From NCBI GenBank assembly GCA_964607485.1, contig CAZSKP010000010.1, positions 32,001 through 96,000 on the forward strand: a stretch of 64,000 bases of DNA, written 5' to 3'. This DNA comes from an uncultured bacterium (lineage in GTDB: Bacteria; Abyssobacteria; SURF-5). Below the pieces are notes generated by a model that was given only the letters and a program-made list of their open reading frames with translations, ran no database searches and was not told the origin of the DNA. This document shows, in pieces, positions 17,211 through 26,685 of this stretch (position 1 is its first letter; each line of letters starts with the position of its first letter). The translations under genes were made by a program, and so were the position numbers.

Positions 17211-19031
17211 TCAGCGGGCGGCGGGTTCCCACAGGGTCATGTGTTGTCCGGAAGGGTCATAGTGGAGCACAAGAGCGCCCTCCGCCGCCGCGGCATCAAG
17301 CTCAGCGCGCGAAACCTTCGGAAAGGATTCGTCGAAGAAGTTTTCGCTGTGCAGCATGACCGAACGGAGGGGGGGACGGTCGAGCTTCAACAGGGCCGCC
17401 AGCGGGAGCCGCATGGAACCGATCAAGAGCGGCGCGCCGAAGAAGTCGTCTCCCCGGTACCACGTAGGCTGGTCCACTACGATTACTTCTCTCGTGTCGG
17501 GATGTTGGCCGATGAGCTGCGCAGTCGAGATGACCGTCCCGCGGATGATTGCGCTGCCTTCGCCCCAGATGTCCACGAGATGGCTCGCGTGTCGATACCC
17601 TTGCAGCGCAACGCACCCATACAGAAGCCCCGCCGCGAGAAGGCCGAGAAGAGCGCGCGTTTCGGGAAGCTGCAACCTCGCTCCGAACAGGGGTCGGTCG
17701 GTGAGCCGTGTCACCGCCGCACGTATCACGCCTGCCCAGAATATGGACCAGCCGACCGCCGGAATGTAGAAGTACCTGGGTGCGAGCTCGACCGCCACAA
17801 TCGCGGTCACCACAAACAGTAGGCTCCACACAAGCATCAACCGCAGCTCCCGCCCGACCTTGGCGAAGCAGACTCCGAGAAGCAGGACAACTGCTACGGA
17901 CGCAAATGCCAGGAAGAGGGGATTCTGTCCCCACCGGGTGAACACCCAATACGCATCCATGTTGTTTAACGGCGAGAGAAAGCAGGCGGCGGACACGAAG
18001 CTCTGAAGCAGCTTCAGCGAAGTGTTGCGGCTGACTATCACCCGCAATGTGTAGAAGTATTTGATGCCGAGCAACAAAGCCAGGGCGGCCGCCGGAACGG
18101 CGTACGCCCTCGATATTGAACCCAATCGCCTGAGCGAAAAGGAAGGCCGCGGTTCGCCGTCATATGTCAGGTCGTAGAAGATGCACACGCCTATCAGCGG
18201 AACGGCTATCTCATGCGTGTAGATGGAGAGCACGTAAAGGACGATGAATCCCCACAGATACCGTCTGCCGCCGTCCACGCGATACCGCATGAATGACAGA
18301 AAAGAAAGCAGGACGAAAAACGCGGCGACCACGTAGTGGTTGCCCACCAGCGGCCACACTACGGGTTCGTAGCTGAGAAAGAAGAACGAGAAGATGACCG
18401 CCGCCCCGAACGCGTGGAGCCGGCTGTGGAGCAATCTGAGCGCTATCAGGTACACCAGAGCCGCGTTCACCGCATGCAGCAATATGTTCACAAAGTGGTA
18501 GACCGACGCCTCGCCTATCCCGAGCCAGCGCGGAATTCCGATAAGAAGCAGGGTGACGGGGAAATAATGGTAGATATCCCGAATGGGGAGCAGCATCCTC
18601 AACGGCCCTTCGGACAGCACGTTCAACAGGTAGTAGTCGTCGCCGAAGAACGAGAACCTCAGCGCCGGCCAGTACGCGAGGAAAATGAACGCCGCAAGAA
18701 CGGCCAATCCCATCGGCCATATCGAAGACCGCTCGATGTCCCGGCCGGCACGCCTCAAGGCTTCTCCGGCGAAGCTCTCTATGACGTAGGCGCTCAACAA
18801 CCAGACCGCTCCGGCCACTCCCACGCAGACCAGCAGGAATCCCAGCGAACCGACCTGTCGCGCCCCCACGGGCGAAAACCGACCGGCCAACGCTCCCGTC
18901 CAGAGCGCGGTTCCCAGGGCCGTACACGCGAGAGCCATGAGTCCGATACAGAATGCTATTGAACGACCTGTCTGAGCGCTCGGAGGATTTTCAGCCGAAT
19001 TCGTCATGTGACAAATTTCCCGGCGGTTCAT
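17211..19031 (-). CDS. Multi-pass GT-C superfamily glycosyltransferase without TPR
   Basis: FFGDDYYL acidic loop, YHFVNILLHAVNAALVY, HE motif, RYFYIP, many TM segments; start uncertain. Confidence 0.75.
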   Translation of the reverse strand: MNRREICHMTNSAENPPSAQTGRSIAFCIGLMALACTALGTALWTGALAGRFSPVGARQVGSLGFLLVCVGVAGAVWLLSAYVIESFAGEALRRAGRDIERSSIWPMGLAVLAAFIFLAYWPALRFSFFGDDYYLLNVLSEGPLRMLLPIRDIYHYFPVTLLLIGIPRWLGIGEASVYHFVNILLHAVNAALVYLIALRLLHSRLHAFGAAVIFSFFFLSYEPVVWPLVGNHYVVAAFFVLLSFLSFMRYRVDGGRRYLWGFIVLYVLSIYTHEIAVPLIGVCIFYDLTYDGEPRPSFSLRRLGSISRAYAVPAAALALLLGIKYFYTLRVIVSRNTSLKLLQSFVSAACFLSPLNNMDAYWVFTRWGQNPLFLAFASVAVVLLLGVCFAKVGRELRLMLVWSLLFVVTAIVAVELAPRYFYIPAVGWSIFWAGVIRAAVTRLTDRPLFGARLQLPETRALLGLLAAGLLYGCVALQGYRHASHLVDIWGEGSAIIRGTVISTAQLIGQHPDTREVIVVDQPTWYRGDDFFGAPLLIGSMRLPLAALLKLDRPPLRSVMLHSENFFDESFPKVSRAELDAAAAEGALVLHYDPSGQHMTLWEPAAR

Positions 19032-19166
19032 TCACGAGAACTTCTTTTGAGACCCCTCCTCTTGTTCCCGAAGTATACAACATCGGCGTGGCGTTTCCAA
19101 ATGCTCTCGGACGATTCGGGCGGTTATGAACACAGGGCAGGGACTGCGTTTTCCTCGGAGAGTGTG

Positions 19167-19195
19167 TTGACTTGCCCTTGCTCTGACGATATAGT
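19167..19195 (+). promoter_or_regulatory. Sigma-70 promoter
   Basis: TTGACT-N17-TATAGT upstream of the 19278 ORF, NUDIX and nuo genes. Confidence 0.7.
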
Positions 19196-19277
19196 ATGAA
19201 GCTGTCGCATGGGATTCGAAGCCTGTGTGTGAGGAGCACACGCATTCCCGAAACGGCGGCTTCAAGGAGGACACGAC

Positions 19278-19589
19278 GTGGCATCGTGGCAGAGCGCCAA
19301 AGGCGAGGATGTTCGGATGAACCCTGCGCGCAACCTTTCCCTGCTGCTCATCGTGGCCGTCGCAGGCGCAGCGGCGCAGCTTGTCTGGGTGTTGCATGAG
19401 CCACAGCGATGGTTGTTGGTGCCCAACGCATGGATGGAAACGATGGCCGTACAGCGATTGCTCCACGTTGTGGCGGGCATGAGGCCGATCCTTTGGGCGA
19501 CCGTCTGGGCGCTACTGGGTATGGAGCATGAGTCCTTCATCGGCCGTAACCGAGCATGTCGAAAAACTCAGGAGCCTCGGCTACATTAA
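19278..19589 (+). CDS. Hypothetical small hydrophobic protein
   Basis: SD AAGGAGG 7 nt before GTG, downstream of a good promoter; hydrophobic, Trp-rich; no family recognised. Confidence 0.5.
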   Translation: MASWQSAKGEDVRMNPARNLSLLLIVAVAGAAAQLVWVLHEPQRWLLVPNAWMETMAVQRLLHVVAGMRPILWATVWALLGMEHESFIGRNRACRKTQEPRLH

Positions 19590-19610
19590 CTAGCCAAAAG
19601 GATCGGCTCG

Positions 19611-20168
19611 ATGTACGTAACCGAAGACGTATTGAGAGAACTCGAGGCCAAGTACGGCACGCCCGAGGTCGCGGATTTTCGGCAACCGATGGCAAGGTCG
19701 GAATTCGAGTTGCTCATAAACAGCATGAAGCATGACCGAGCCCACGACGTCACGCTGTTCATATTCAAAGGGCCGCATCTGGTGACGATTCGCAAGCAGA
19801 TGCATCCCGAAGGAGTGTACAGGGCGCCCAGCGGCGGGCTTCGGCCGGGCGAGGACTTCGAGAAGGGCGCCCTTCGTGAAGCCTATGAGGAGACGGGTGC
19901 GCTGGTCGAGCTTGAAAGATACGTCCTGCGCGCTCGTGCCATCTTCACATACGATAATCGGGAAGTTCCGTGGACATCCCACGTTTTCTCCGCAAGGTAC
20001 GTCTCGGGCGAGCTCAGGCCGATCGACACGAAGGAAATCGCCGAGGTGAGGCAGATGACAATCGAGGAACTGCAGGGCAAGATAAGGAGCAGGCTGTTGG
20101 CGTCGGGCTCGGGAGGCCTCGCCTACAGGGCCGCATTGACCGACAGAGTCATCGAGCTGCTCGGGTAG
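19611..20168 (+). CDS. NUDIX hydrolase
   Basis: Nudix box GGLRPGEDFEKGALREAYEETG. Confidence 0.93.
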   Translation: MYVTEDVLRELEAKYGTPEVADFRQPMARSEFELLINSMKHDRAHDVTLFIFKGPHLVTIRKQMHPEGVYRAPSGGLRPGEDFEKGALREAYEETGALVELERYVLRARAIFTYDNREVPWTSHVFSARYVSGELRPIDTKEIAEVRQMTIEELQGKIRSRLLASGSGGLAYRAALTDRVIELLG

Positions 20169-20291
20169 CTCTTCCCGATTCTCCGCCAATGTGTTGCTGG
20201 CGGACGTTAATAGTCGGTTGCATAATAAGAACTGACAAGCCTCGCAAGGTTTCGGCGGCTTCCCATTTCTGCACCACATCGAAGACGAAGT

Positions 20292-20765
20292 ATGGACTTT
20301 GCCGATAAGATCTCCAAGCAGGTTCTCACCACCAGGATGGAGGCGCTCATCAAGTGGTCGCGCAAGCATTCGCTGTGGCCGATGCCCTTCGGCACGGCCT
20401 GCTGCGCGATCGAGCTGATGGCGGTGCTCGCATCGAGGTATGATCTCGCGCGTTTCGGAGCCGAGGCCATTCGCTTCTCGCCGCGACAATCCGACCTCAT
20501 GATCGTCGCCGGGAGGGTGTGCAACAAGATGATGCCCGTCCTCCAGCGGATTTATCTGCAGATGCCCGAGCCCAAGTGGGTCATCGCGATGGGCGCGTGC
20601 GCGAGCAGCGGAGGGGTATTTGACACATACAGCGTGATCCAGGGGATCGACAACTTCATGCCGGTCGATGTCTATATTCCCGGCTGCCCACCCCGGCCCG
20701 AGGCCATCATCGAATCGGTGCTCCTGATTCAGGAACGCATCGCCGAGGAGAGACAGGAAATCTGA
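20292..20765 (+). CDS. nuoB: NADH-quinone oxidoreductase subunit B
   Basis: [32 protein letters not shown]. Confidence 0.97.
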   Translation: MDFADKISKQVLTTRMEALIKWSRKHSLWPMPFGTACCAIELMAVLASRYDLARFGAEAIRFSPRQSDLMIVAGRVCNKMMPVLQRIYLQMPEPKWVIAMGACASSGGVFDTYSVIQGIDNFMPVDVYIPGCPPRPEAIIESVLLIQERIAEERQEI

Positions 20766-20784
20766 TTCGACGGGAGACACGGAA

Positions 20785-21369
20785 TTGGAAGTCTACCTGA
20801 CGCCGAAGTCGAAAGAGGAAACGGCGCAGCGCCGGGCGCAGACTGCCGGCCGCCTGCGGGCGCGCTTTCCCGACGCCGTGCTGGACCAAACGGAATTTCG
20901 CGGGGAGACGACGCTGGTGGTCCGGAGCGACGAGATTTTCGAGATGGCAAAGCTCCTGCGCGATACTCCTGAGCTTTCGTACCGGCACCTGGCCGACATC
21001 ACGTGCGTGGACTATCTCCACCTCGGTGCCGGGCGCGGACGATTCGCCGTTGTGTACCACTTCTATTCGTTCACGTATGGCGACCGGCTCCGTCTCAAGG
21101 CGTTCCTGCCCGAGAACAACCCGAAGATAGACTCGCTCGTGCCCCTGTGGCAGACGGCCAACTGGCTGGAACGGGAAGTCTATGACATGTTCGGCGTCGT
21201 GTTTCGGAACCATCCCGACCTTCGGCGCATACTCACGCCCGAGGATTCGATACATTTCCCGCTCCGCAAAGACTACCCGCTCACGGGAAGGGGAGAAAGG
21301 GAATCCTTTCCCTACGTGACTCGTGACGGCAGGATCATCGAGAAATCGCGTTCGCCCAGGGCGAGGTAA
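20785..21369 (+). CDS. nuoC: NADH-quinone oxidoreductase subunit C
   Basis: ANWLEREVYDMFG, HPDLRRIL, PLRKDYP. Confidence 0.96.
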   Translation: MEVYLTPKSKEETAQRRAQTAGRLRARFPDAVLDQTEFRGETTLVVRSDEIFEMAKLLRDTPELSYRHLADITCVDYLHLGAGRGRFAVVYHFYSFTYGDRLRLKAFLPENNPKIDSLVPLWQTANWLEREVYDMFGVVFRNHPDLRRILTPEDSIHFPLRKDYPLTGRGERESFPYVTRDGRIIEKSRSPRAR

Positions 21370-21372
21370 TCA

Positions 21373-22587
21373 ATGGCTGAGGCAAGAACCATCGATCTTC
21401 CCGTGGCCGGTTTCCGGGCCATGACGCTCAATTTCGGCCCGCAGCATCCGGCGACTCACGGAACGCTGCGTATCAAGATGGAGCTGGACGGCGAGACCAT
21501 CATCAAGGCGACGCCTTACATAGGCTTTCTCCACAGCGGCTTTGAGAAGCTGGGAGAACACCTCGACTTTAACCAGTACGTGACCGTCGTGGATAGGATG
21601 AACTATATGTCGGCGCTCTGCAACGACGTCGCCTGGCACCTGGCGGTGGAGAAGCTCTTTGGCGTCGAGGTGCCCAAACGCTGTCAATACATCCGCGTCG
21701 TGCTCGCGGAGCTGAGCCGAATCGCCGACCACCTCATCTTCCTCGGCACGCACGCGCTCGACCTGGGCGCGTTCACGGCGTTCCTGTGGGGCTTCCGCGA
21801 GCGCGAGAAGCTGTACGACATCTTCGAGATGATTACGGGCGGCCGCATGACCACCAGCTACACTCGCGCGGGCGGGCTGTGGGCGGACATGCCAAAGGGA
21901 TTCGAGGAGAGAATACTTGTCTTCTGCAAGCAGTTTCCCGAACGGCTGCAGGAAATCGAGAACCTGCTCACCCGCAACCGTATCTGGATGGACCGAACCA
22001 AGGGCGTGGCCGTCATCTCGGGCGAGGACGCCATCAACTATGGTCTGACCGGCCCGTGCCTGCGGGCGTCGGGCGTCGTGTGGGACATCCGCAAGGCCGA
22101 GTCCTACAGCTCGTACGAGGACTTCGATTTCGAGATACCTTATGGAGAAAACGGGGACGTTTACGACCGCTACCTGATGCGTCTGGAGGAGATGAGGCAG
22201 AGCGTGCGGATTGTCGAGCAGGCCATCGAGAAGATGCCCTCGGGCCCGGTGGACGTGGACCAATCGGCAAAGATTCGCCTGCCCTCCAAGCAGAAGGTCT
22301 ATACCGAGATGGAATCGCTCATCCATCATTTCGAGGTCATCATGCCCGGCAAGGGGCCGAAGCTGCCCGAGGGCGAGGTCTATGTTCCGACTGAATCGCC
22401 CAACGGCGAGCTGGGCTACTACATCGTCGGCGACGGCAAGAGCAAGAACGCGTACAGAGCGCGCACCCGTCCTCCCTCGTTCGTCAACTACCAGGCGTTC
22501 TCCAAAATGGTCGAGGGAGGTCTGGTGGCCGACGCCGTCGCGGCCCTGGGGAGTCTGAACATCATCGCGGCGGAGCTCGACAGATGA
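21373..22587 (+). CDS. nuoD: NADH-quinone oxidoreductase subunit D
   Basis: NFGPQHPATHGTLR, DRMNY, ESPNGELG, terminal ELDR; no Ni-binding CxxC. Confidence 0.97.
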   Translation: MAEARTIDLPVAGFRAMTLNFGPQHPATHGTLRIKMELDGETIIKATPYIGFLHSGFEKLGEHLDFNQYVTVVDRMNYMSALCNDVAWHLAVEKLFGVEVPKRCQYIRVVLAELSRIADHLIFLGTHALDLGAFTAFLWGFREREKLYDIFEMITGGRMTTSYTRAGGLWADMPKGFEERILVFCKQFPERLQEIENLLTRNRIWMDRTKGVAVISGEDAINYGLTGPCLRASGVVWDIRKAESYSSYEDFDFEIPYGENGDVYDRYLMRLEEMRQSVRIVEQAIEKMPSGPVDVDQSAKIRLPSKQKVYTEMESLIHHFEVIMPGKGPKLPEGEVYVPTESPNGELGYYIVGDGKSKNAYRARTRPPSFVNYQAFSKMVEGGLVADAVAALGSLNIIAAELDR

Positions 22588-22609
22588 TGCCGGAGTAAGG
22601 GGTAGAGTC

Positions 22610-23119
22610 ATGGTCTGGCCTTCCAAGACCGCCGAGCAGGAGCACACAGCCGAAAAGCTGCCGGATGAGCTCGTTTCTCAGATAGACGAGCTTCTGACAC
22701 ACTACCCTGAAAAGCGGGCCGCACTGGTTCCCTCGCTTCGCAAATGCCAGGACCACTTCGGATACGTCTCCGAAGGAACAGCTCTAAGCATAGCAGCTTA
22801 CCTCGAGCTCGCGCCCAGCTATGTCGCGGATACGGTGTCGTTCTATTCCATGCTTCGGACCGCGCCCGTGGGAAAATACCACATTGAGTTGTGCCAGACG
22901 CTGTCCTGCGCGCTGCTGGGGGCCGACTCGCTCGCCGATTACCTCACCGAGAAGCTGGGCATCGGATTCGGCGAAGTCACGCCCGACGGGAAATTCTCGC
23001 TGGGCAAAGTCGAGTGCATCGGCGCGTGCGAACAGGCCCCGGCGATGCTCATGAACAACGAGCTGTATGGAAATCTGAGCAGAGAGCGAATCGACGACAT
23101 CCTTCGGAAACTCGAATAA
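22610..23119 (+). CDS. nuoE: NADH-quinone oxidoreductase subunit E
   Basis: SFYSM, CQTLSC and ECIGAC [2Fe-2S] ligands. Confidence 0.95.
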   Translation: MVWPSKTAEQEHTAEKLPDELVSQIDELLTHYPEKRAALVPSLRKCQDHFGYVSEGTALSIAAYLELAPSYVADTVSFYSMLRTAPVGKYHIELCQTLSCALLGADSLADYLTEKLGIGFGEVTPDGKFSLGKVECIGACEQAPAMLMNNELYGNLSRERIDDILRKLE

Positions 23120-23181
23120 GGTTCGATTCGGAATTTCTGAAACAACGTAACGAAAAGGTCTGATACAAAGGAGCACGAACA

Positions 23182-24948
23182 ATGAAACTGACTGTTGCCA
23201 GAGCCATTGCAGGTTTCCTTGAAAAAGCGGGGGTCGAGATTGCCCCGGGATACAACGGCCACGGAAACTGGGCCTTGCTCGATGCCATAGAGCATGAGAC
23301 CAACATTCGAGGGATAAAGACGACCGTCGAGGATGCCGCCGTTCATATGGCCGACTGCTACTGGCGCATGCGTCGTCGGCCGCCCTTGCCCGTCGTGCTC
23401 ACTACCGTCGGCCCGGGCAACATGAACATCTGCGCGGCGCTTGCCAACGCGTTCTACGAGTCGTCCGCCATGCTTGTGATTGCGGGCGCCGGACCGACCC
23501 AGTGGTTCGACAAGGGGTCTTTCGAGGAATGCTACCGTTACGGGCCGGAAGAGTTCACGCAGGTCGTGAAACCGATATGTAAGAAGGCGGCGCTTGTCAC
23601 GCGGCCCGATACCGCCCTCGAAACAGTCGTGCGCGCATACAAGGAGGCTCTCTCGGGAAGACCGGGGCCGACGCTGGTGCAGATTCCCTTCGATATACAG
23701 CACACCGAGATAGAACTCGAGTCGATTCCGGATGCGCGGTCGTGGACGCATATCTCTCCGCCCGGCCCGGACCCGGCCGCATTGGAAGAGGCTGCCCGGC
23801 TTCTCAAGCAGTCCGCGCGACCGTTGATTCTCGTCGGGAGTGGAGTCCACAACGCGCTCGGGCACGACCAGTTGCGCGCGTTCGCCGAGGAATTCCGTAT
23901 CCCGGTGGGGACATCGTTTTCCGGCAAGGGAGCGCTCGACGAGGAGCACCCGCTCAGCGTGGGCGTGATAGACCCCTCCGGCACGGGACACGGTTACCAG
24001 GCCGCCCGTGAATGCGACCTTCTGATTGCCGTGGGCGCCAGGTTTCACGATTTCAACACTCTCGCATGGAACATGTATCGCATCCCGGAACCGACAAAGC
24101 TCGTTCACATCGATGTGGACCCGGCGGAACTCTCCCGCAACTATCCGTCGGAGGTGGCGATGGTCGCCGACGCGAAACTCGCCCTGGAGGGGCTTGCCGA
24201 CGCCGCGCGCGAGCAAAAGATCTCGTCGGAAAAACACAAGCCCTGGCTTGAGGAACTGGCGCGGTGGAAGAAGAGTTGGCTCGCTGAAATCCGCGAAAGA
24301 ATAGACGCCGGCGCCGCTCCCTTATCGAACGCGAGGCTCCTTGCAGAGGCATCCGACGTAATCGCCGAGACGGACGCCGAAACGTCGGTGCTGTTCGATA
24401 CCGGCAACCTGCTGTTGTTTGCGCCCGCGTTCTTCACGGCGCGCTCGCGGTTTCTGGCTACAAACAACGCGCACTTCGCGCGGATGGGATGGAGCTGCGC
24501 GGGCGTGCTCGGGGCAAAGCTCGGCAACCCGAGCCACCCGGCCGTCGCATTTGTGGGAGACGGGTCGTTCATGATGAGCGGCCTGTCAATTGCGACCGCG
24601 CACGAGTGTGGCATTCCCGCCGTATGGGTGGTCCTGAATAATCGCACGATAGGCATCGAACGCGAGGCGATGGAAGCGATATACGGCAGGGCGTCGTTCT
24701 GCGACTCGCGCATAGTCGAAACCGGCGAAGCGTGGAGTCCCGACTATGTCAAGCTGGCCGAGTCGATCGGCATTTCAGGCGAAAGAGTTTCCCGACCCGA
24801 TGCCCTGAAGCCCGCGCTCAAGAGCGCGTTGGAGAGAAATGAGCCTGTCGTGCTCGACGTACAGGTTAACCCAGCGGACGAGGGCTACCGGCTTGCGATA
24901 CTGCCGATTCCGATGAGGTGGGAACAAGGTCCCGTGGTGCAGCCGTAA
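23182..24948 (+). CDS. Thiamine-diphosphate-dependent enzyme (acetolactate synthase/IolD-like)
   Basis: GHGN, catalytic Glu in VEDAAVHMAD, GPG, GRPGP, HIDVD, GDGSF...LNN ThDP/Mg motif; SD AAGGAG. Confidence 0.92.
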   Translation: MKLTVARAIAGFLEKAGVEIAPGYNGHGNWALLDAIEHETNIRGIKTTVEDAAVHMADCYWRMRRRPPLPVVLTTVGPGNMNICAALANAFYESSAMLVIAGAGPTQWFDKGSFEECYRYGPEEFTQVVKPICKKAALVTRPDTALETVVRAYKEALSGRPGPTLVQIPFDIQHTEIELESIPDARSWTHISPPGPDPAALEEAARLLKQSARPLILVGSGVHNALGHDQLRAFAEEFRIPVGTSFSGKGALDEEHPLSVGVIDPSGTGHGYQAARECDLLIAVGARFHDFNTLAWNMYRIPEPTKLVHIDVDPAELSRNYPSEVAMVADAKLALEGLADAAREQKISSEKHKPWLEELARWKKSWLAEIRERIDAGAAPLSNARLLAEASDVIAETDAETSVLFDTGNLLLFAPAFFTARSRFLATNNAHFARMGWSCAGVLGAKLGNPSHPAVAFVGDGSFMMSGLSIATAHECGIPAVWVVLNNRTIGIEREAMEAIYGRASFCDSRIVETGEAWSPDYVKLAESIGISGERVSRPDALKPALKSALERNEPVVLDVQVNPADEGYRLAILPIPMRWEQGPVVQP

Positions 24949-25006
24949 GTCATGGGTTTGCGCGGCTGAATTCGCGGGGGGCATCCAAGGAAAGACAGCG
25001 GGAAAA

Positions 25007-25372
25007 ATGTTGAGAGATTACATTCCCATACTCGTGATGTTCATATTCGTTTTCGGCTTCGCCGCCTTCAGCCTGGTCATCACGCACGTCGTCGGGCGGC
25101 GCAGGAGGGGCCGGGTGAAGCTGGAGCCGTACGAGTCGGGCATGCCGCCCTTTGGCGAGCCCTATCACCGCACGACGGTGAAGTACTACCTGTTCGCGAT
25201 GTTCTTCATCATCTTCGACGTCGAGGTGGTGTTTCTGTATCCGTGGGCGGTCATCTTCAAAAAATTCGTGGAACAGCGCCCTGTCATACTAGTCGAGATG
25301 TTCGTATTCCTGATCGTGCTCATTGTCGGCCTGATCTACATATGGCGCAAGGGCGCGCTGGAATGGGAGTAG
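25007..25372 (+). CDS. nuoA: NADH-quinone oxidoreductase subunit A
   Basis: PYESG, FIIFDVEVVFLYPWA, KGALEW. Confidence 0.97.
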   Translation: MLRDYIPILVMFIFVFGFAAFSLVITHVVGRRRRGRVKLEPYESGMPPFGEPYHRTTVKYYLFAMFFIIFDVEVVFLYPWAVIFKKFVEQRPVILVEMFVFLIVLIVGLIYIWRKGALEWE

Positions 25373-25376
25373 ACGC

Positions 25377-26651
25377 GTGGAGCAGGTGTTGCTCAGAAAC
25401 CGGGGTCTCGAGAACTCGACGGACATCGACGTGTATCGGGAGAGGGGCGGCTACGAGGCGCTCACCAAGGCGCTCAAGGAGATGTCGCCCGACGAGGTGC
25501 ACAAGGAAGTCATGAACGCCGTCCTGCGCGGCCGGGGCGGAGCCGGGTTTCCCGCAGGGCTGAAGTGGAAATTCCTCGACAAGGACCCGAAGAGGACGCG
25601 CTACCTCTGCTGCAACGCCGACGAGAGCGAGCCGGGAACTTTCAAGGACCGCGTGCTCATGGAGCACGACCCGCACCAGCTCATCGAAGGAATGCTCATA
25701 GCATGTTATGCCATCGACGCTCACAGCGCATACATATTTCTGCGGGGCGAGTATGCGAACTCCCGCAGGATTCTCGACAAGGCCATCGCCCAGGCGCGCG
25801 AGCGCGGGTATATCGGGAAAGACGTGTTGGGCTCCGGCTTCGACATCGATATCCATATCCACGAGGGCGCGGGCGCCTACATCTGCGGCGAGGAACTGGC
25901 CATGCTCGAGTCGCTCGGCGGCGCGCGCGGCTGGCCCCGGCTGAAGCCTCCGTACGCCGCGACGCGGGGCGTCTTCTACGAGCCCACCGTTGTCAACAAC
26001 GTCGAAACGCTCGCGTGCGTACCCCACATCGTGCTCCGAGGCGCCGACTGGTTCAAGAGCATCGGAAACGAGAACAACTACGGGCCGAAGCTCTACTGCC
26101 TCAGCGGCCACGTTAACAAACCCGGCCTGTACGAACACCCGATGGGAATCACGCTCAAAGAGCTGATATATGAAGCGGGCGGCGGCATCCCCAACGGCCG
26201 AAAGCTCAAGGCGGTGTTGCCGGGAGGGTCGTCGTCGGTTGTGCTGACGGCCGACGAGGTTGACGCGCCGATGGACTTCGACGCCATGTCCAAAGCGGGC
26301 AGCATGCTCGGCTCGGCTGGCATCATCGTCATGGACGATTCGACCTGCATGGTGAACGCCTGCTGGAACGTCGCCCGGTTCTACGCGCACGAATCGTGCG
26401 GCCAGTGCACTCCCTGCCGCGAGGGCACAAACTGGGCGGCGCGCATCCTGGGCCGCATCGAGCGGGGCGGGGGCAAGCCGGACGACATCGATATGATTAT
26501 CAAGATATGCGACAACATGCTCGGCCAGACTATCTGCGCGCTGGCCGACGGGGCCGTCTTTCCGATAAAGAGCATCGTGCAGAAATTCCGTGACGAGTTT
26601 GAACGGCACATCCGCGACGGTGCATGTCCGTTCGAGTCGGAAAAGCGATGA
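25377..26651 (+). CDS. nuoF: NADH-quinone oxidoreductase subunit F
   Basis: LRGRGGAGFP, NADESEPGTFKDR, YICGEE, ESCGQCTPCREG. Confidence 0.97.
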   Translation: MEQVLLRNRGLENSTDIDVYRERGGYEALTKALKEMSPDEVHKEVMNAVLRGRGGAGFPAGLKWKFLDKDPKRTRYLCCNADESEPGTFKDRVLMEHDPHQLIEGMLIACYAIDAHSAYIFLRGEYANSRRILDKAIAQARERGYIGKDVLGSGFDIDIHIHEGAGAYICGEELAMLESLGGARGWPRLKPPYAATRGVFYEPTVVNNVETLACVPHIVLRGADWFKSIGNENNYGPKLYCLSGHVNKPGLYEHPMGITLKELIYEAGGGIPNGRKLKAVLPGGSSSVVLTADEVDAPMDFDAMSKAGSMLGSAGIIVMDDSTCMVNACWNVARFYAHESCGQCTPCREGTNWAARILGRIERGGGKPDDIDMIIKICDNMLGQTICALADGAVFPIKSIVQKFRDEFERHIRDGACPFESEKR

Positions 26652-26685
26652 CGAAGCTTCGCCACATGTTCAGAGGGAACACGCA

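Noticed and set aside
20292-22587. Group 4 [NiFe]-hydrogenase as an explanation for the single antiporter
   Set aside because: The large subunit lacks both CxxC Ni ligands, ends in ELDR and keeps quinone-site His and Tyr; NuoB has tandem Cys
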